NCBI GenBank assembly: GCA_023515725.1
Contig: JALDTO010000215.1
Coordinates: 645,053-709,052, forward strand
Length of the DNA: 64,000 nt
DNA from: Amoeboaphelidium protococcarum X5
Taxonomy: Eukaryota > Fungi > Aphelidiomycota
Reading direction: 5' to 3'
This document shows, one piece after another, positions 39,418 to 53,100 of this stretch. The position numbers and the translations under genes were made by a program. Within the stretch, counting starts at the first letter, position 1. Every line of letters starts with the position of its first letter. The notes beneath the pieces are model-generated. The model was not told the DNA's origin. It saw nothing but the letters and a program-made list of their open reading frames with translations, and did no database searches.

Positions 39418-42389
39418 ATGATGAGTTCCAACCATTTGTGGTGGAGAGTTGTTGTCATATTGACTTTAGCTGTGTGGTAGCATGTTCTATGTAATTACAT
39501 TCCTCCATTGTTTAAAGTGCAATAAACTGAGTATGAATATACATTCCAACGCCCTGATACAGAAGTGCTGACTGTTCATTTGGTTGCTCACAGTCATCAA
39601 GATGTTGGTTGGCTGAGAACTAAAGATTAGTATTATGAAGAACGCGTGAAACATATATACAATAACGTACTGGATTGCCTGATTGAATCCTATGAATCTA
39701 ACTCAGGCATTGATGAGCTCAGCAAGAGGGCCCACCCACTGAGAAAGTTCATCATTGTGGAGCAGGCGTTCTTCCAGCGTTGGTTCAAAGAGGTTTCGCG
39801 TGAGAAACAAGATTGGGTGAAACGGTTTCTGCGAGAAGAGATCCTTGAGTTCGTGAATGGTGGTTGGGTAATGCATGATGAAGGATGTACTACAGGTAAT
39901 GCTGTAATTGATCAGATGGTGCTGGGGTAGTAGGAGATATATCGAATGTTTCCTGACATGTATGAGTAAGTACGACCATTGGTGGCGTTTCAGATCGATC
40001 CTTTTGGACATTCGGCTTTTACTCCTGTTGTGACACAGCGTCTTGGCCTGAAAGCTTTGATAACTAATCGTATCCATGTTGGGGTCAGAGAATAGTTGAA
40101 AGAGAGTGGTTAGTTGGAATTCTTATGGGCTCCTGTTGGGACGCGTCAAGTTGAGGTTCTTACTCACAACTTGGACAACCATTACAATTCACCTCAAGGA
40201 TTTGATTTTGAACGAGATTCTCCGCCCATTGAAGATGAGGATACGCTGCGTCATTACGCTGATTAGCTCGTTAGACATCTACGCTAAAGATCCCTGTATT
40301 ATCCTTCTAGTAGGAACTTTTTACAGTTGGTTGGTGATGATTTTGAGTTCCTGAATGCAAAGGTGCAGTTTGAGAATTGGGATAAGCTGATCACGTATAT
40401 TAACGACAACTATCAAGATATCTAGCTTAAATGGAGTATATTGCGTGAATACTTTGAGGCTGTTGCAGCTGAATAGCTTACTCATACGCGCTATCAAGGT
40501 GACTTTTTCCCATACGCGGATAATGAGTTGTCATATTGGAGCGGTTACTTCACCTCAAAGCCTGTATTGAAACGATCAGTTTAAGAGGCTGAGCTTAGAT
40601 TTAAATCTGCTTAAATCTTATAATTGTAAGGAACTATTCGTGGACGGGATCTAGATAAGAAGGCTCTATTGCAGTTCAGATAGTCTATTGCTGAGGTTTA
40701 GCACCATGATGGTATCACTGGAACTGCCAAAGACTTTGTTTCATACTCGTACATTACTGCTCTTATTTAGTATTGGCAACGACTTGCTCAAGACATTAAG
40801 AAGACTCTATTTGAAGAAGGTATTTCAAGCGCTAAAGATACTGAAGTCCCACTGGTTGTTTTTAATCCATCTGAAATTGCAAGTTCTGCTGTAGCTGTGG
40901 TTGAGATTCAGCATTGCCCCAAGGCTCATGTCAAAGATGGAACTAAGAATGAAGTGACTGCATAAGAGCTGGGAGATGGTGTTAAAAACGTAATAAGTAG
41001 AAAATAAATAATAACCAATTATTGTTATTTCTACTTCACTTGAAGAAGTAGTTTGATCATTTTTCACTGACGTTGTACGTGTTTCGTCACAACCTAACAG
41101 ATGGACTGGTTGCTTTTCATGCACAGGTCGCGCCATTTAGTACTCAATAGTATTATGTGGATTGTGGCGGTCGTGAACTGATGCAGCTACCTAGTTATCA
41201 TAGCTCTTACTGGAAGGAGATTGCTTTTAGTTCCAACAATGCGATTATTGAGAATGAATACTTGAAGGTCCAGTTGGTTTTACAAGACTAAAGATTGGCT
41301 CTGAAGGTTGATGATTTATCCGCCAGACGTTAATTTGAAGTTGAACTTTTCCTTCATAGTTATGAAAGCTATCACGGTGAAGGATAAAAGGCAGGTGCGT
41401 ACATTAGTAGAGTGATTGGGTAGTCTCGTTAGCTGCTTAATTAGTACACTTCAGTGTATATCAGAAAAGGACCTCTTTTCCAGCAACTAAAGATAAAGTA
41501 CTCTAATTCAGCTTCTTAAATACTGACATTGTACAGTGTAGTGAATGAATCCAAGCGTTAAGTGTTGGAGGTGAAGAACGTGGTGGGACCGCTCAATTAG
41601 GATCAAGAATTGGTGTCTCGCATCAAGATTAGTGACAGCTCTGACTGCTCTTTGGAAACTTTGGATTAGGGATCTATCTTGGTGGATCGTAAGTTGAATG
41701 TGCATCATTTGGAGGCTAATATGGTGCCTTTTGTTGGCGCGGCAACTTTCAAGTGTCAACAATCTGATGGAACGAAAGCATTGAGATCGTTCATCTTCAA
41801 TGACCGATCAATGGCTATTGGGCACACTGAAAGCAATGCGGTCGAAATTTTACTTCACCGCCGTACGTCTCAAGATGATGCAAGAGGCGTTGATGAACCT
41901 CTGGATGACATTACGCAAGTGGATCCAACTCTGTATATCAAGTTTACCGAAGTTGATAGCGATACTGATCGGGATGCTTTAACATCCCAAATGCTATCTA
42001 TGAGAGACATGCTTGCTAATAGTGATCTGATTGTATTCCACAATGTAAGTTTACCTCCTAGTGATTAAGTGAACTGGATCAATTAAGAGCAATTGCCGGT
42101 GAATAGTGACTGTGGAGTTCGTTTGCTGAACAGTGAATTGAAATCACGCTCTTAAAGTTCATTGACTCTTTTGCTGAGAGTGTAGTAGGTGCAGATTGAT
42201 ATTTGTGATGAAAGAGACATTGCCAAGCGTTATATTAATTTGCTATATCGCGGTAAAAATGTTAAAGTAACGTCTGTATCGCGTGTCGCAATGTCTGGCA
42301 TTGATACTTCAGGTGTTAATGATGATGAACCTCCACTAAGATTTGTAGGTGATGTCATTACTTTGCAAGCTGTAATTGCAATTGCGTGA
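39418..42389 (+). CDS. GH38 alpha-mannosidase; interrupted by an LTR-like insertion/putative intron at about 40979-41100
   Basis: HSHQDVGW, FVNGGWVMHDE, QIDPFGHS, GDDF, DFFPYAD..YWSGYFTS, QHHDGITGT, LHRR..DD.RGV.EPL. Confidence 0.9.
40980..41099. mobile_element. Solo-LTR-like insertion (120 bp) with 5-bp target-site duplication
   Basis: Termini TGTTA...TAACA, flanked by GATGG at 40975-40979 and 41100-41104. Removing the element plus one GATGG restores the frame (ELGDGLVAFHAQV). Contains AATAAA and an internal inverted repeat. Confidence 0.75.
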
Positions 42390-42564
42390 GTCTTTAAGTC
42401 CGGATCCTGTATAAGCAATAGCTTGTTAAAACCATTTGAGTGAATAATGTTGAATTAGGTTTGCATTCTATCAAGTCTTTCTTTTATCACCTCTTTTGTG
42501 ATCGAGATTATTAGCTTAGAGATTAAAGCAAAGATTATTATCAATATAAAACGCACCACTGACC

Positions 42565-43536
42565 ATGTTAAAGAAGATTAGAATGATTAAAGTGAATCCG
42601 CGCATAGATTCTATTGAAGAACTGTGGTATAAGAGGTGCGTGAATAATACGTTCATCAACAAAGAGTCCAACATCAAGATCAGCATCTTGGGAACCATCG
42701 CCGCCAGTCCCTATTCAATGCATCATCAATTGAGCGCGTTAGATCTCTTATCTAGTGACAGCAATTATAAATTTATCTTTGCTCCATATGCTACCGATTA
42801 ATAGTAGACAGACTATAAAGAATCATGAAATAGCGTGTATCAAGAGCTTATAAAGGATGGAAGAATATTCGATTGGCAATCTGTTAAAAAGCTTTGTCTC
42901 CATAAAGCTGACAAGATTGAGTCGATGCGCGTCAATACTCTTACCTTGAGTCCTATGCTGGTACTTGGCATTCTATACTTGTCATAGTTGGCAGTTGCAG
43001 ATTATTATGATTAGCATTAATAGGCCGGCAAGTCGCGATCATTGGAAGTACTTCCGATTAAACCGTAAAATCACACTTAGCGATACAAGGTGCCTTCCGC
43101 TCTTCAAATGCTTGATAACGCCACATCAATTATAGTTGAGCGGAAGTTGAAAGCTCAATCTCTGGATTTTATGCCGTAATCGCGGAGTATTGCTCACTAT
43201 ATGCTTTAACGGTAGAAACCACAGCGATTAATGTTGCCTTCTGCAGATCGGTCGCATTAGAGCTTATAGTAGATTGTATAAATGTTGGAGGCAAAGACTA
43301 TATCAGTAGCTCCGGATGAACTGTAATAGTACATTGCGATAGTTGAGCGATGGAAGTTGGGTGAGCGAACGTATAAACTTCATTTACCTGCTCAAGATGT
43401 CTTCAATGCTATCTCGAGGTGTGCTGATTCTCAAATTTTAGTAACCGTTCCCAGAGCTATTTCTCTGATCCTTGAGAGGCTCCTCCTGGCGACAGGTTAG
43501 TTTTAAATTGAGAGGCGGCCTAGTTAAACACAATGA
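42565..43536 (+). CDS. Hypothetical protein (weakly TraB/GumN-like) with one in-frame TGA at 42826-42828
   Basis: Same frame open for 87 codons before and about 235 codons after a single TGA. ISILGT..SPYS and ILVTV loosely recall TraB-family ends. Confidence 0.5.
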
Positions 43537-43623
43537 CACGTTGTTAGTAAAATTGATGAAATGAAATTCAAGTATATACTGTATCTATTTTATATTGTGA
43601 TTGTATTGTTGACGTTCCATCAA

Positions 43624-45459
43624 TCAATCATCTTCAACATCCGCACTTGAATTCGCGTATTACTTTTACCTATCTTTAGTTGCGCGCTTCTTTTACAGCT
43701 TAAAGTCTTTTCTAAAGTACTTTCTACACTTGAGCCATTCTGAAGTTACTTGCGCTCGAGACAACTTTTCACAAGACATTTCCATCGCCATTTATTCCAT
43801 AATGTCCATGACGTTCAATGTCTTTTATACTTCGGGTTCACGAGCATGCTAGAGAGCCTGTTCTTACGCTGCAGCTAGAATGTTATCATCTCTGACATTG
43901 TTAATCAGTTCACTTATGTCAAAACTTTAAGACGATCCAGCTAAATTTAAAGACAAATCTAAATCATCGTCTGCCACTTAATCGCCATCTGCTGTACCAT
44001 TGCACACTGGAGTAGTTTCTTCAAATAGCATGAAGGACTCTTGAGGCTGTTGTGAGGCGGAAACCTTGCCACGCTAAAATAAACTATACATAGATGCTAG
44101 ATCAACTTCATAAGTTCCGCCCTTTATAATTACTGGCTCTTTCACTGCTGCAGAACTATCATAATCGATGAGAGGCTCTTCAGCATTAACCTCTTTAACG
44201 ATTACAAGGTCTTACTGAGATGACTCTTCCTCTTATTAAGTACTGCAAAGAGGATCAACTCCATCTACGCTCTTCAATTAAACAATGCTCTTCTGTTCAT
44301 CTGTGGCAGGAGCTTTCTAAACAGAAGATCTACGTGGGGAGATGAACTGATCAGGATCAAATCTAGACACTGGTTTGATAATAATCCTATTACGAGTGGG
44401 CTCTTCTTCATACATATTCTATTACTATTATTGATCCTCCATAAAATCCTCTGCATTGTCAGCTATCATACTAGCCAAAATATTCTTCATCATATCCTTA
44501 TCCTGGTCCATTTCTTATCGCGTCTCTTGACTGACTTCAACCACTTCAGCCTCAGCTTTCAGCAGATTAGGTGGACTCCTCTAAGCTAGAGCATACAGAT
44601 CAATCTTTCGCTTAAAAGGTTCCTCTACCTAATTCTATTCATCATTTTGCACCAACTCGGTAATATCCTGTTCATGTAATGACGCGTTATCTGTCAAAGA
44701 TCCATCCTCTAAATCACTATCCACTTGCATATTATCAGACAATGCATTTTCAAGGCTGTTGATCTAATCAATTATCGACTAACCGCTACAATCTACTACT
44801 ATATCATACGATATGTCCATCTATTTCTAAGGAGGTATTGCCTTATTAGTGCTCTTTGGATTTCCATCAACTTTACTCTACCTTACACTGTTTGTGTTAG
44901 CAGACTTCTCAAACGCGTCATTATTAGACTTAACGATATGGTCTTATTCAATATAGTCTTGAGAATCATCAAAGTACAAGTGTTACTTTGCGTGTTTACC
45001 ACCGGTAAAGTCTATAATCTTAATCTTCGGGCCAACTCTCATTCTATAACTTCGCACCACGCGACCATCTTTAAGCTTCTTCCAATACTTTTACTGTGAG
45101 AGATCATCGTTAGGAAGATCAAAGCTCTCCACAGCCATATGCCAAATTCGCTTACTTGGTCCCAGCGTATCCTGATCAGCTTCAGCAGCTTCCCGCTCTT
45201 ATTAAAGCCTCTCCAAATGATGACATTTCGCTGGCTCCACCTAAATCAAGTTACCTGCCCATTTGACATTATTATTCCAAAGCTTCATGAACCGCTTCAT
45301 ATCTTGCTCTGTATTAGCAAATTCAATCTCAACATATGCGAATCCTCTGTCCTGAAGGCAGTGCAAATCCACATCTGTCACGGTGCCAAAAGATTTAAAT
45401 TTATTCTTTATATCCTCATCGCTGATATTCGCTGGCAATCCTTTGATATGGAATCTCAT
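43624..45459 (-). CDS. NOL8: Nucleolar RRM protein NOL8/Nop8-like
   Basis: N-terminal RRM (RGFAYV..KWAGNLIQVEPAK..LERL); acidic middle; C-terminal W..R..DFK..KRA. Confidence 0.75.
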
Positions 45460-45593
45460 AATTTATGATTATAATATTGTCTATATTGTACGTATTTAAT
45501 GATAAAAAATCAAATCTAAAACTTTCGATCACTTTTCCACTCAATCAAAGGTGGATTGTTCAAAGTGACTAAGATCGCGACGAATTTGATACT

Positions 45594-46208
45594 ATGAGCA
45601 TCTAATAGGTTGTAGATGAACACGTTAATATCATCGGAATTTAGCCAAATGATCCTGAATTTATATCTCAATTCAAGAAGGCTCTTTGTGTGAGATGGAA
45701 TGTTTTCGTTGTAGAGTAGCGTGTAAATCCTGAAAATGAAGTGGATCACATTGATTTCAACATGGGCGATAAAGATTTCCATTAGTATATTAAACCAAAG
45801 ATTAAGCAATATGGCAACGGTTACTAAATTGATAACGACTATAAAATAAAATCGCTGATATAAAGCAAGTAGAGCAGTTATCAGACAGTACATTTGATAG
45901 CTTATTATGATCAAGATTAAGTGGATCCAATGGGAACATTAAGAATATTCTTGAAAGATAATCACGTTCTCATTGGGAGGATGGCCGTGATAAAAGAGGC
46001 AAGAGGTCGTTGTATTGGCCGAAAATTGATGGATAAAGCTGTGTAACTTATCCGGAGACAGTTTAGTCATCAGGCATCCAAGATTATGCTTCATGCTCAG
46101 TCAGATAAGCAGTTATTTTATGAGCGATGCGGGTTCACGCGTGATTAGTCAGTAGAGCCTTTTAAAGAAGAGGGCATCATGCATGTTCTCATGTACGTGG
46201 TTATTTGA
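45594..46208 (+). CDS. GNAT acetyltransferase, ElaA/YjcF-like
   Basis: RWNVFVVEQ..E.D, GTLR, IGRMAV.KEARGRCIG, LHAQ, FYERCGF, PFKEEGIMHVLM. Confidence 0.88.
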
Positions 46209-46242
46209 GATATTCAACATAACTACTATTAATATACACAGT

Positions 46243-46962
46243 TCAGAACTCTTCCAATGCTACGGCTGTCTTTTTACTTGCTATTTCCTTAGCACTTTCT
46301 TTTCTACTATCTATAGACTATTTAGTATCATCAATAGAAGTATCAACAGCGGTAGTAGCAGGGAGTGAATTTGATGGAACATTTGGTAAATTCAGAGACT
46401 ATTCAGCTTCAGCCCTTTCCAAGTCTTCAAGTTCTCTGAGTAAATCTTCCTCTGATAGAACATCACCACCAGCCATTTCCCGGAATGCCTGATCGACATC
46501 CTCAAGGCCCTCCATGGCATCCATCTATGCATTCTCAACCTATTATAATCCCTTCTATAAAGTCCTGTTTAATATTTCCAACATTTTAGCACCATCTTTG
46601 AGGCCATCCATGACTTTAGCCTCCACCATTTTATACTCCAAAGTGTCCATCATTTGCTAAAGATTGAGAAGGTGCTGATCTGATTTCTATAACATTGCCT
46701 ACTGCATCTTGACCTTCTTTAGAATGAACAGGGCCATCATACGAGTTCGCTCCCGTTGCACCTCATCTACTTTAATATTGCTATTATTATTATCCGCTGA
46801 TCGCTGCGACATTAATTGCCTTACATGTTAGTTCTCCGTCTCCAACAGCTTCTCCATCTTCTTCTAATACTGCCGCAACTTGTCTCGCTGAATCTTTAGC
46901 TACAGCAGAGCTTTATCCTGCTCCGATGGCTTCTTTCCCCTTTAGCTCAATAAGTTTCCCAT
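46243..46962 (-). CDS. VPS20: ESCRT-III subunit Vps20/CHMP6
   Basis: MGN myristoylation start; QDKALLQLKIQRDKLRQYQKK; Snf7-type helices. Confidence 0.9.
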
Positions 46963-47086
46963 TGCATAAAAAATATTATGGATTGATCTTTCCACGCTTA
47001 GAGTGAATTCGCTATGTTTTATATGCCAAAATCTTCGCCTCTTGTTCTGATCTGAATGAAACGCACAGAAACTTGAGGACACGACA

Positions 47087-48510
47087 ATGTCTCCATCACT
47101 TCACAATCCTCATTGTAAGTGCCTGTGTCACGGCATCACTGTTGATGCGCGCGATCTGAAACGGATCTGATTTTATTCTTAGCGCGTAAACCTGGTACTG
47201 TAATCGTGTATTAAATGATATCAGAGCAGCTGCCATTACCAGTACGCGTCTAATAAAGTTATCGTCTTTCTATTTTAGAGTCAGATGTTAGTTCTTTAGA
47301 TGGCCTGGAAATACAGGATCTTGACGCCGAGTGTCACGGTTCTGTTGAAGATCTTTTGACTGAGAGGAAACAAGTACTGGAGAGCAACATCGTCAGTGGA
47401 AGATTCGCGATATAGTCCGGATATTATATAGCTGTTGATGGCCAATAATGTGACTTGATATATTCGCCTTTTGCATCCAAGTTGACTCATGATAATTTTC
47501 ATCCTGGTGTATATAGATCCGTACAGAATATGAATAGCACTGGCGCCGACAGTATTGACTGCCTAGCGGATTATTTAGGCGTGCAAAACATATGGCGTCT
47601 CATGTATGAAACAGCAATTAATGACACTTTGGTTATCTAGGCATTGTAGTCTTTATAAAGACCTAATCAACAGGAATCGATAGTGGCGTTGAAATTGTTC
47701 CGGTTAGTTTCAACAATTGCCACAGGTATGTCTGTTTAGGTTGAAGTTGATGACTAGAACAAGGTGGTGGTTGGCGGCTTTATGTCTCAATCAAATTATG
47801 ATTATGCCAGTAGATGCGACATGAGCATTTCTGATGATGAGTCCGGCTAGCTGTTGTTTTGCACAGAAATTTAAAGCAGTTTATCTTATGCTGAGGGGCG
47901 TCCATGGTATGAAAAGAGTCGACTTGCTTAAGTGTTCGCGGCTCTGTACGCGTTTAATGCCCCGTTAATTCTTTTGACATCTACACCTTTCAAGGTATTC
48001 TGCGAGAACTCTACCAGAGATCGTGTTTTAACCTATCCGTTCGATACAGCTGCGCCTAATGTGAATGCGGCATCGAGTTTGGCGCACCCTGTTGGCCGTG
48101 AATTAGTCAAGACAATTGTAATTTGCCTTTGTCAATAGTTGGTGGCACCTATTGAAAAAGCTTCATCTCAAAGAAGTGTCGTCGATGTACTAAAGACTCC
48201 ATTGCGAGCTGCAGTTAGACTCATTGATAGTATTAGCAAGTCAAAAGAGCGAAAGGCAGATGATGAAAGTAGTCGCGTATCGCGACATGTTTAGTCTTAG
48301 AATAAGGTGCAGCCAAAATTCTAAACAGGATTAAATCCTGATGGAACACCCTCATATCAAACAATTCGAGTGCTTTCACCGGAGCAAGTTTATAATTTGG
48401 ACATCCCGGACGATAATGATGAGTCGCTTCCTGAGCATGATGACTAGTCCTCAGTTCTGGCTTTCGAGAGCTCCTTGTCTCCTTAATCTCCCTTTGAATT
48501 AAAAGAATGA
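47087..48510 (+). CDS. Hypothetical protein with possible PD-(D/E)xK nuclease-like core; probable intron 47115-47182
   Basis: About 440-codon open frame to TGA; SRCDMSI..LFCTEIQS..WYEKSRLAQVFAALY. Confidence 0.6.
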
Positions 48511-48945
48511 ATTGACTTGTATATAAAGTATTTCTTCAATAAGTTTTAATATGCATTTAATGTTTGATTTTCATACAGTTGAATGTTTCAAAGTGTCAAG
48601 TAACAAAGACACAACTCTAAATGACCATGATTGAGTCCGCTCCATGGACAACCTTTCGAATAATCTAATTATACCTTCTCATGTTGTATTATTGCTTCTG
48701 TTTGTGATGTAAAGGCATAGAACTGAGATGACGCAAATCTACATTAGCAACAGGAATCGACCAGTTATTGAGATCTCCATGGTTTCCACACGGACTGTGT
48801 TTAAATATAGATTAGCCGCCTATAGTAACAGCACGCCAACGCACAACTTCTGTCCACAACATCATCATTTCAATTCTATTTTCTCAAAATAGCTGCAACT
48901 TACTTCTATTACAGGATACACCTTTAGTAGATATTATAATTGAAT

Positions 48946-50010
48946 ATGGGGCGCAAAAAGTTGAAGATAAGTCCAATTGAAAATGACAGAGCACGTTAGG
49001 TATGATCATCATTGTTTTCACGCTATCAACATGTAACAAGTATTAACAAAATGATTATATCATATTGCGTGTAGATGACTTTTAATAAAAGAAAGAATGG
49101 CTTAATCAAGAAAGCGCATGAACTGGCTGTTCTGTGTGGCATTGAATTGGCTCTGATAGTGATAACTCCTCAGAACAAGCTCATTCAGTATAGCAGCGGA
49201 GAGATGGATCACGCTCTGTTGCGTTATACTGACAGCGGTGAACCTGTTGAGAGTCGAGACAACCAAGATTTTGCATAAATGAAGATCGATGTGGACAGCG
49301 ATGGAGAAGAGTATGGTGCCGATGAGAGTAGTCCAGTCAGGATCTCTGTTGATAGAGCTGAATTTCAACAGCCGGCGGGTGACGTGGTCAAGAGTCCTAT
49401 GGCAGTGAGTGGTCCAAGGTCAGCTAGAAGCTTTGGCAGAGGTAACAATGGAAACCTGAGAATTGATACCTCTCAGAGAACATCTCCACAGTCTTCTCAA
49501 TTCAATAGTCCATTCGGAGGCACTGGAGCGGTCAATGTTGTTGGCAATTAATCTATGCTACCATCTCCCAATGCTCTGTTTTAAGATTATAATGCTTTCC
49601 ATGCGACTAATACAACTGCTCCTGCTTCATACCAGATGCAACCATATCCGCTGCAAATCGGCCGTCCATAACAGTATCCTTTCTAGCAACAGTAGTAGCA
49701 ATAATAGTGGAACCAATTCATGTACGTGTAGCCACAGATGGTTGCCCCTTATAGTCCTTTTAGTCCATCTGCTGCTGGTGCACTCGCCCAGTAATAATAA
49801 AATTACCCGACTCTTTAATAACGTCAACAGACTGCCAATGTAGCTGCAGCGCAATCCCACCAAAAAGGATTGCACAAAAGACATAATTCAACTTCTGTAG
49901 AGTCATTGGTTGAGTTGACCACTGCAAGTATGAATGAATAATTGACCCAATCTCCATAGAGCACTACTGGCGCGAGAACTGTAAAAAAGTCCACCAAGGC
50001 TGCAATGTGA
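48946..50010 (+). CDS. MADS-box transcription factor (MEF2/Rlm1 type); intron 49000-49074
   Basis: MGRKKLKISPIENDRARQ|MTFNKRKNGLIKKAHELAVLC..LIQYSS. Confidence 0.93.
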
Positions 50011-50178
50011 TGGATGCCCTGTACTGTACTGTACTGTACTGTGATTTGCTTGATTTATCGATTCGTATATAGAAATAATATATTTGACGCGGACTTTATA
50101 GATTGTATGTATTCTTTCATGATTTGTTCATAATAAGCTCTCAAACTACGTGGTATACAATTACGCTTTTTTAAATGA

Positions 50179-53100
50179 TCAATAATTCTCCATGTGAACC
50201 TCTTCATCAGTAAGAGGCACAGATCTATAACCAGTTCTTGCACGGATATCAGTAAACAGGCCACTGAACAAATCGCGTACAGCATCAAAGGCTTTGGATA
50301 CGGCAGAGAAATTGACAGCACTGCGCCAAGCTGAGCTGCCAGCTATGCCAGTTCCAGAAGCAGAGTCAGACACTGGAAGCCTAATAGAATAACGATAAGG
50401 AGCAATTCTCTTTCTATAGTACACCAGTCCGAGACCGGCAATAGCAAACAGCGGTATCAGAATACCGGCAGCGATAGATCCTCCATTCGACGATCTTCCC
50501 GGCATAGTGCAACCTTCCACCACACTTGGATTGTCCAGATTAATACCACCTTGACAAGTAGACAAAGAATGCTTTCTATATCCAGTCGATATATGCCTAT
50601 GACCATTCTCACATTCTGTCCACACAGTGGCACCTTCTCCAGCCACAGGTTTACATTTATGATCAGTAGAATCGCGGTAATATCCAGCATCACACTCAAA
50701 ATCAGCTTCTGTGCACTAGCAATTTGTCATTATCTTATCATTTTTGAAAGAATCACCAATGTAACAATTTCTACCCGGCTTCCTTCGATAGTACTCAGTC
50801 TTATGACCAAAGATACAACTGTTGCCTGAATGATCAGAGACAGACCAAAGTTCGAAATCAGAGCGACCAGAATCTTTAGTGTCAAGAATACACTGATTTG
50901 AGCGCAGCTTTGAAAAGTCCAACTTGAACACTGCAGATTAACCAGATGATGAGTCTGCCACGCGTCCGGTAAGCAGAAATTCTTGTTTTACACCACTAGG
51001 ATCAGTGACAAATCTATCTGCATAAATCTTCATGGTAGGATGGAAATCGTACTTGTCAAACTTGGCGCCTTCGGTAACACTATAGTAGATATAATTGACT
51101 GCTTCCACAGCATTCACCAGCACTATAACAGAGCCATGATCTCCAAACTCAAATAGGTGAGGTCCTTTCTAAATCTGTCTCCAAGTACTTCCAGCATCAG
51201 TGGTCAAATAGACATTACTCTACTGGTAGCTGAGCAAATTCTTCCCCACATTACCGACACCGATAAAGATGCCCACAGCCTATTCATCAGACATTTCATT
51301 CTTGATCACCTTTCGCTCAGTGTAGCCATGGAAATTGAGAGAGCAGCCATCTTGAGCTAAGCAATCAACCGAATTACCTTCAAGATCTTTAATTGGAGCC
51401 TTTATTGACTTCCATTCAGCTCCCTGAGAGTAGGTGATAAACGATTTAATTTCTTTTTTACCACCAATGGCAACAGACTCTTTATTCATCACCTTATTGA
51501 CAATGGCGACACCTTCAACTGCAAACATCTTCTCATAGTCCACAAATCCTTCAGGATTCCTATTCGTACCATCCAGGGATACACTGTAGTACGTGCCATT
51601 GTAATTAGATATAAACAGAGTTCCCCACTCGGTACCATACGAGCCATGCTTGAACATATCTAAATACACTGATCCACTTCCAGCTTCTAACACGGTAAAT
51701 CCACGATTCTGTACATCAACACCAGGTGGGAAGACAGCAGGAGCAAACTTATGACCATCCAGAGACACCTAGAACGTAAGACTTTTACCAGATGAGTCCT
51801 GATTACTATTCAGCGCAGCCACCATAAAGTTTTCTGAAATGGCAAATCCCACCAGATTATCGAACACCACCTCCTGAGACTAAAAGAAATTGCCCGACTT
51901 GTAAAGTGAAGGGCGACCACGATCTCCAAGCACTTTTTCATGTTAGCTACCGGATTTGTCAGGATATGCACCGCAAAAGATCATCTACTTGTCAACATTC
52001 TTGAACAGAGCATCTCTAGCCCACTCACAATCTGTGACAAAAGTATTTAGCTCTTTCCAATTCAGTCCATTATCCTGGGTATAGAAGGCTACAGAATGGC
52101 ATTAAGATCCAGGGCAGTACCGATTTCCTGTATAAATAATCCAGTCAGCTTCTTCTGCATGGAATTCTAAAATAGGAGCATTAAAGGAATTTGGTACCAC
52201 AGGGACATTGAGCATGGTCAAAGACTTGCCAGAGTCCGTGGTGTAATAATGAACTTGGGAATTGGAAGTCAAAAAATAAACTCGTTCCTTGTAGTACTAA
52301 TTCTACATCATTGTGGTGATTCTATCAGGAATGTCGCTCTTCGTCCATCTGGAGCCACCATCAGATGTCTGCCATATCCAACCATCTGTAGTTTTCAGGA
52401 CTGCATTCAAACTCTTCTCGAACCAAATGACACTATCCACGGCATAATCGAAATTCTACAACTCAACACCAATCTTACCATCAGTGGGTGGCTGTACAAT
52501 CACTCCGCCATTGTTGGACTCTTGACAACTTCTCTCCACTTTCTTCTCCAAATCAGACACTTCACCACTGCACTTGGTAGCTGAAATCTTACGGTAACCG
52601 CTACGTCCAGTGTACTTTTCACCCTTGCGACAGTTTACAGGTTCTTATGGATCAGGTCCTTAGAGCACACACTCTCCGCGCAAATCTTTCCAGAATCCAA
52701 CATCACATTCATAATCTTTACGGCTACAAGTGCAAGTTCTAGCATTCGCCGGCTGAGTTGGACGTGAGTCTCCAATATGACAGACCGAATCAACCTTCCT
52801 TCTCCAGTAAGTCATCTCCTGGCCAAGAATACAATCCGAAGACAGAGGATTCCACTTTTCATAATCACCACTACCATCGCCATTGAAGCGGCAAGTCTTC
52901 GGTGCCGCCTGATTAAAATCAACCTGAACAACAACCTGCTGGTGCCCACCAGATGAACTTCCACCACCGGAGCCAAATAAAGATTTCAAAAAATCGCCAA
53001 TGGAACCAAAGAATCCACCGCGAGAATCTTTCTAAACGCTAGCCAGCACCAGGAACTTACTTCCGGCACCTTCGCTGTCTATCATCAATGCAGTCACTCT

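Noticed and set aside
45594-46208. Bacterial horizontal transfer of the ElaA/YjcF-like GNAT
   Set aside because: Similar GNATs occur in fungi, and the gene is fully adapted to the host code; no support without a phylogeny.
50019-50042. (CTGTA)n short tandem repeat
   Set aside because: Ordinary microsatellite in a 3' UTR; no spacers, so not CRISPR-like.
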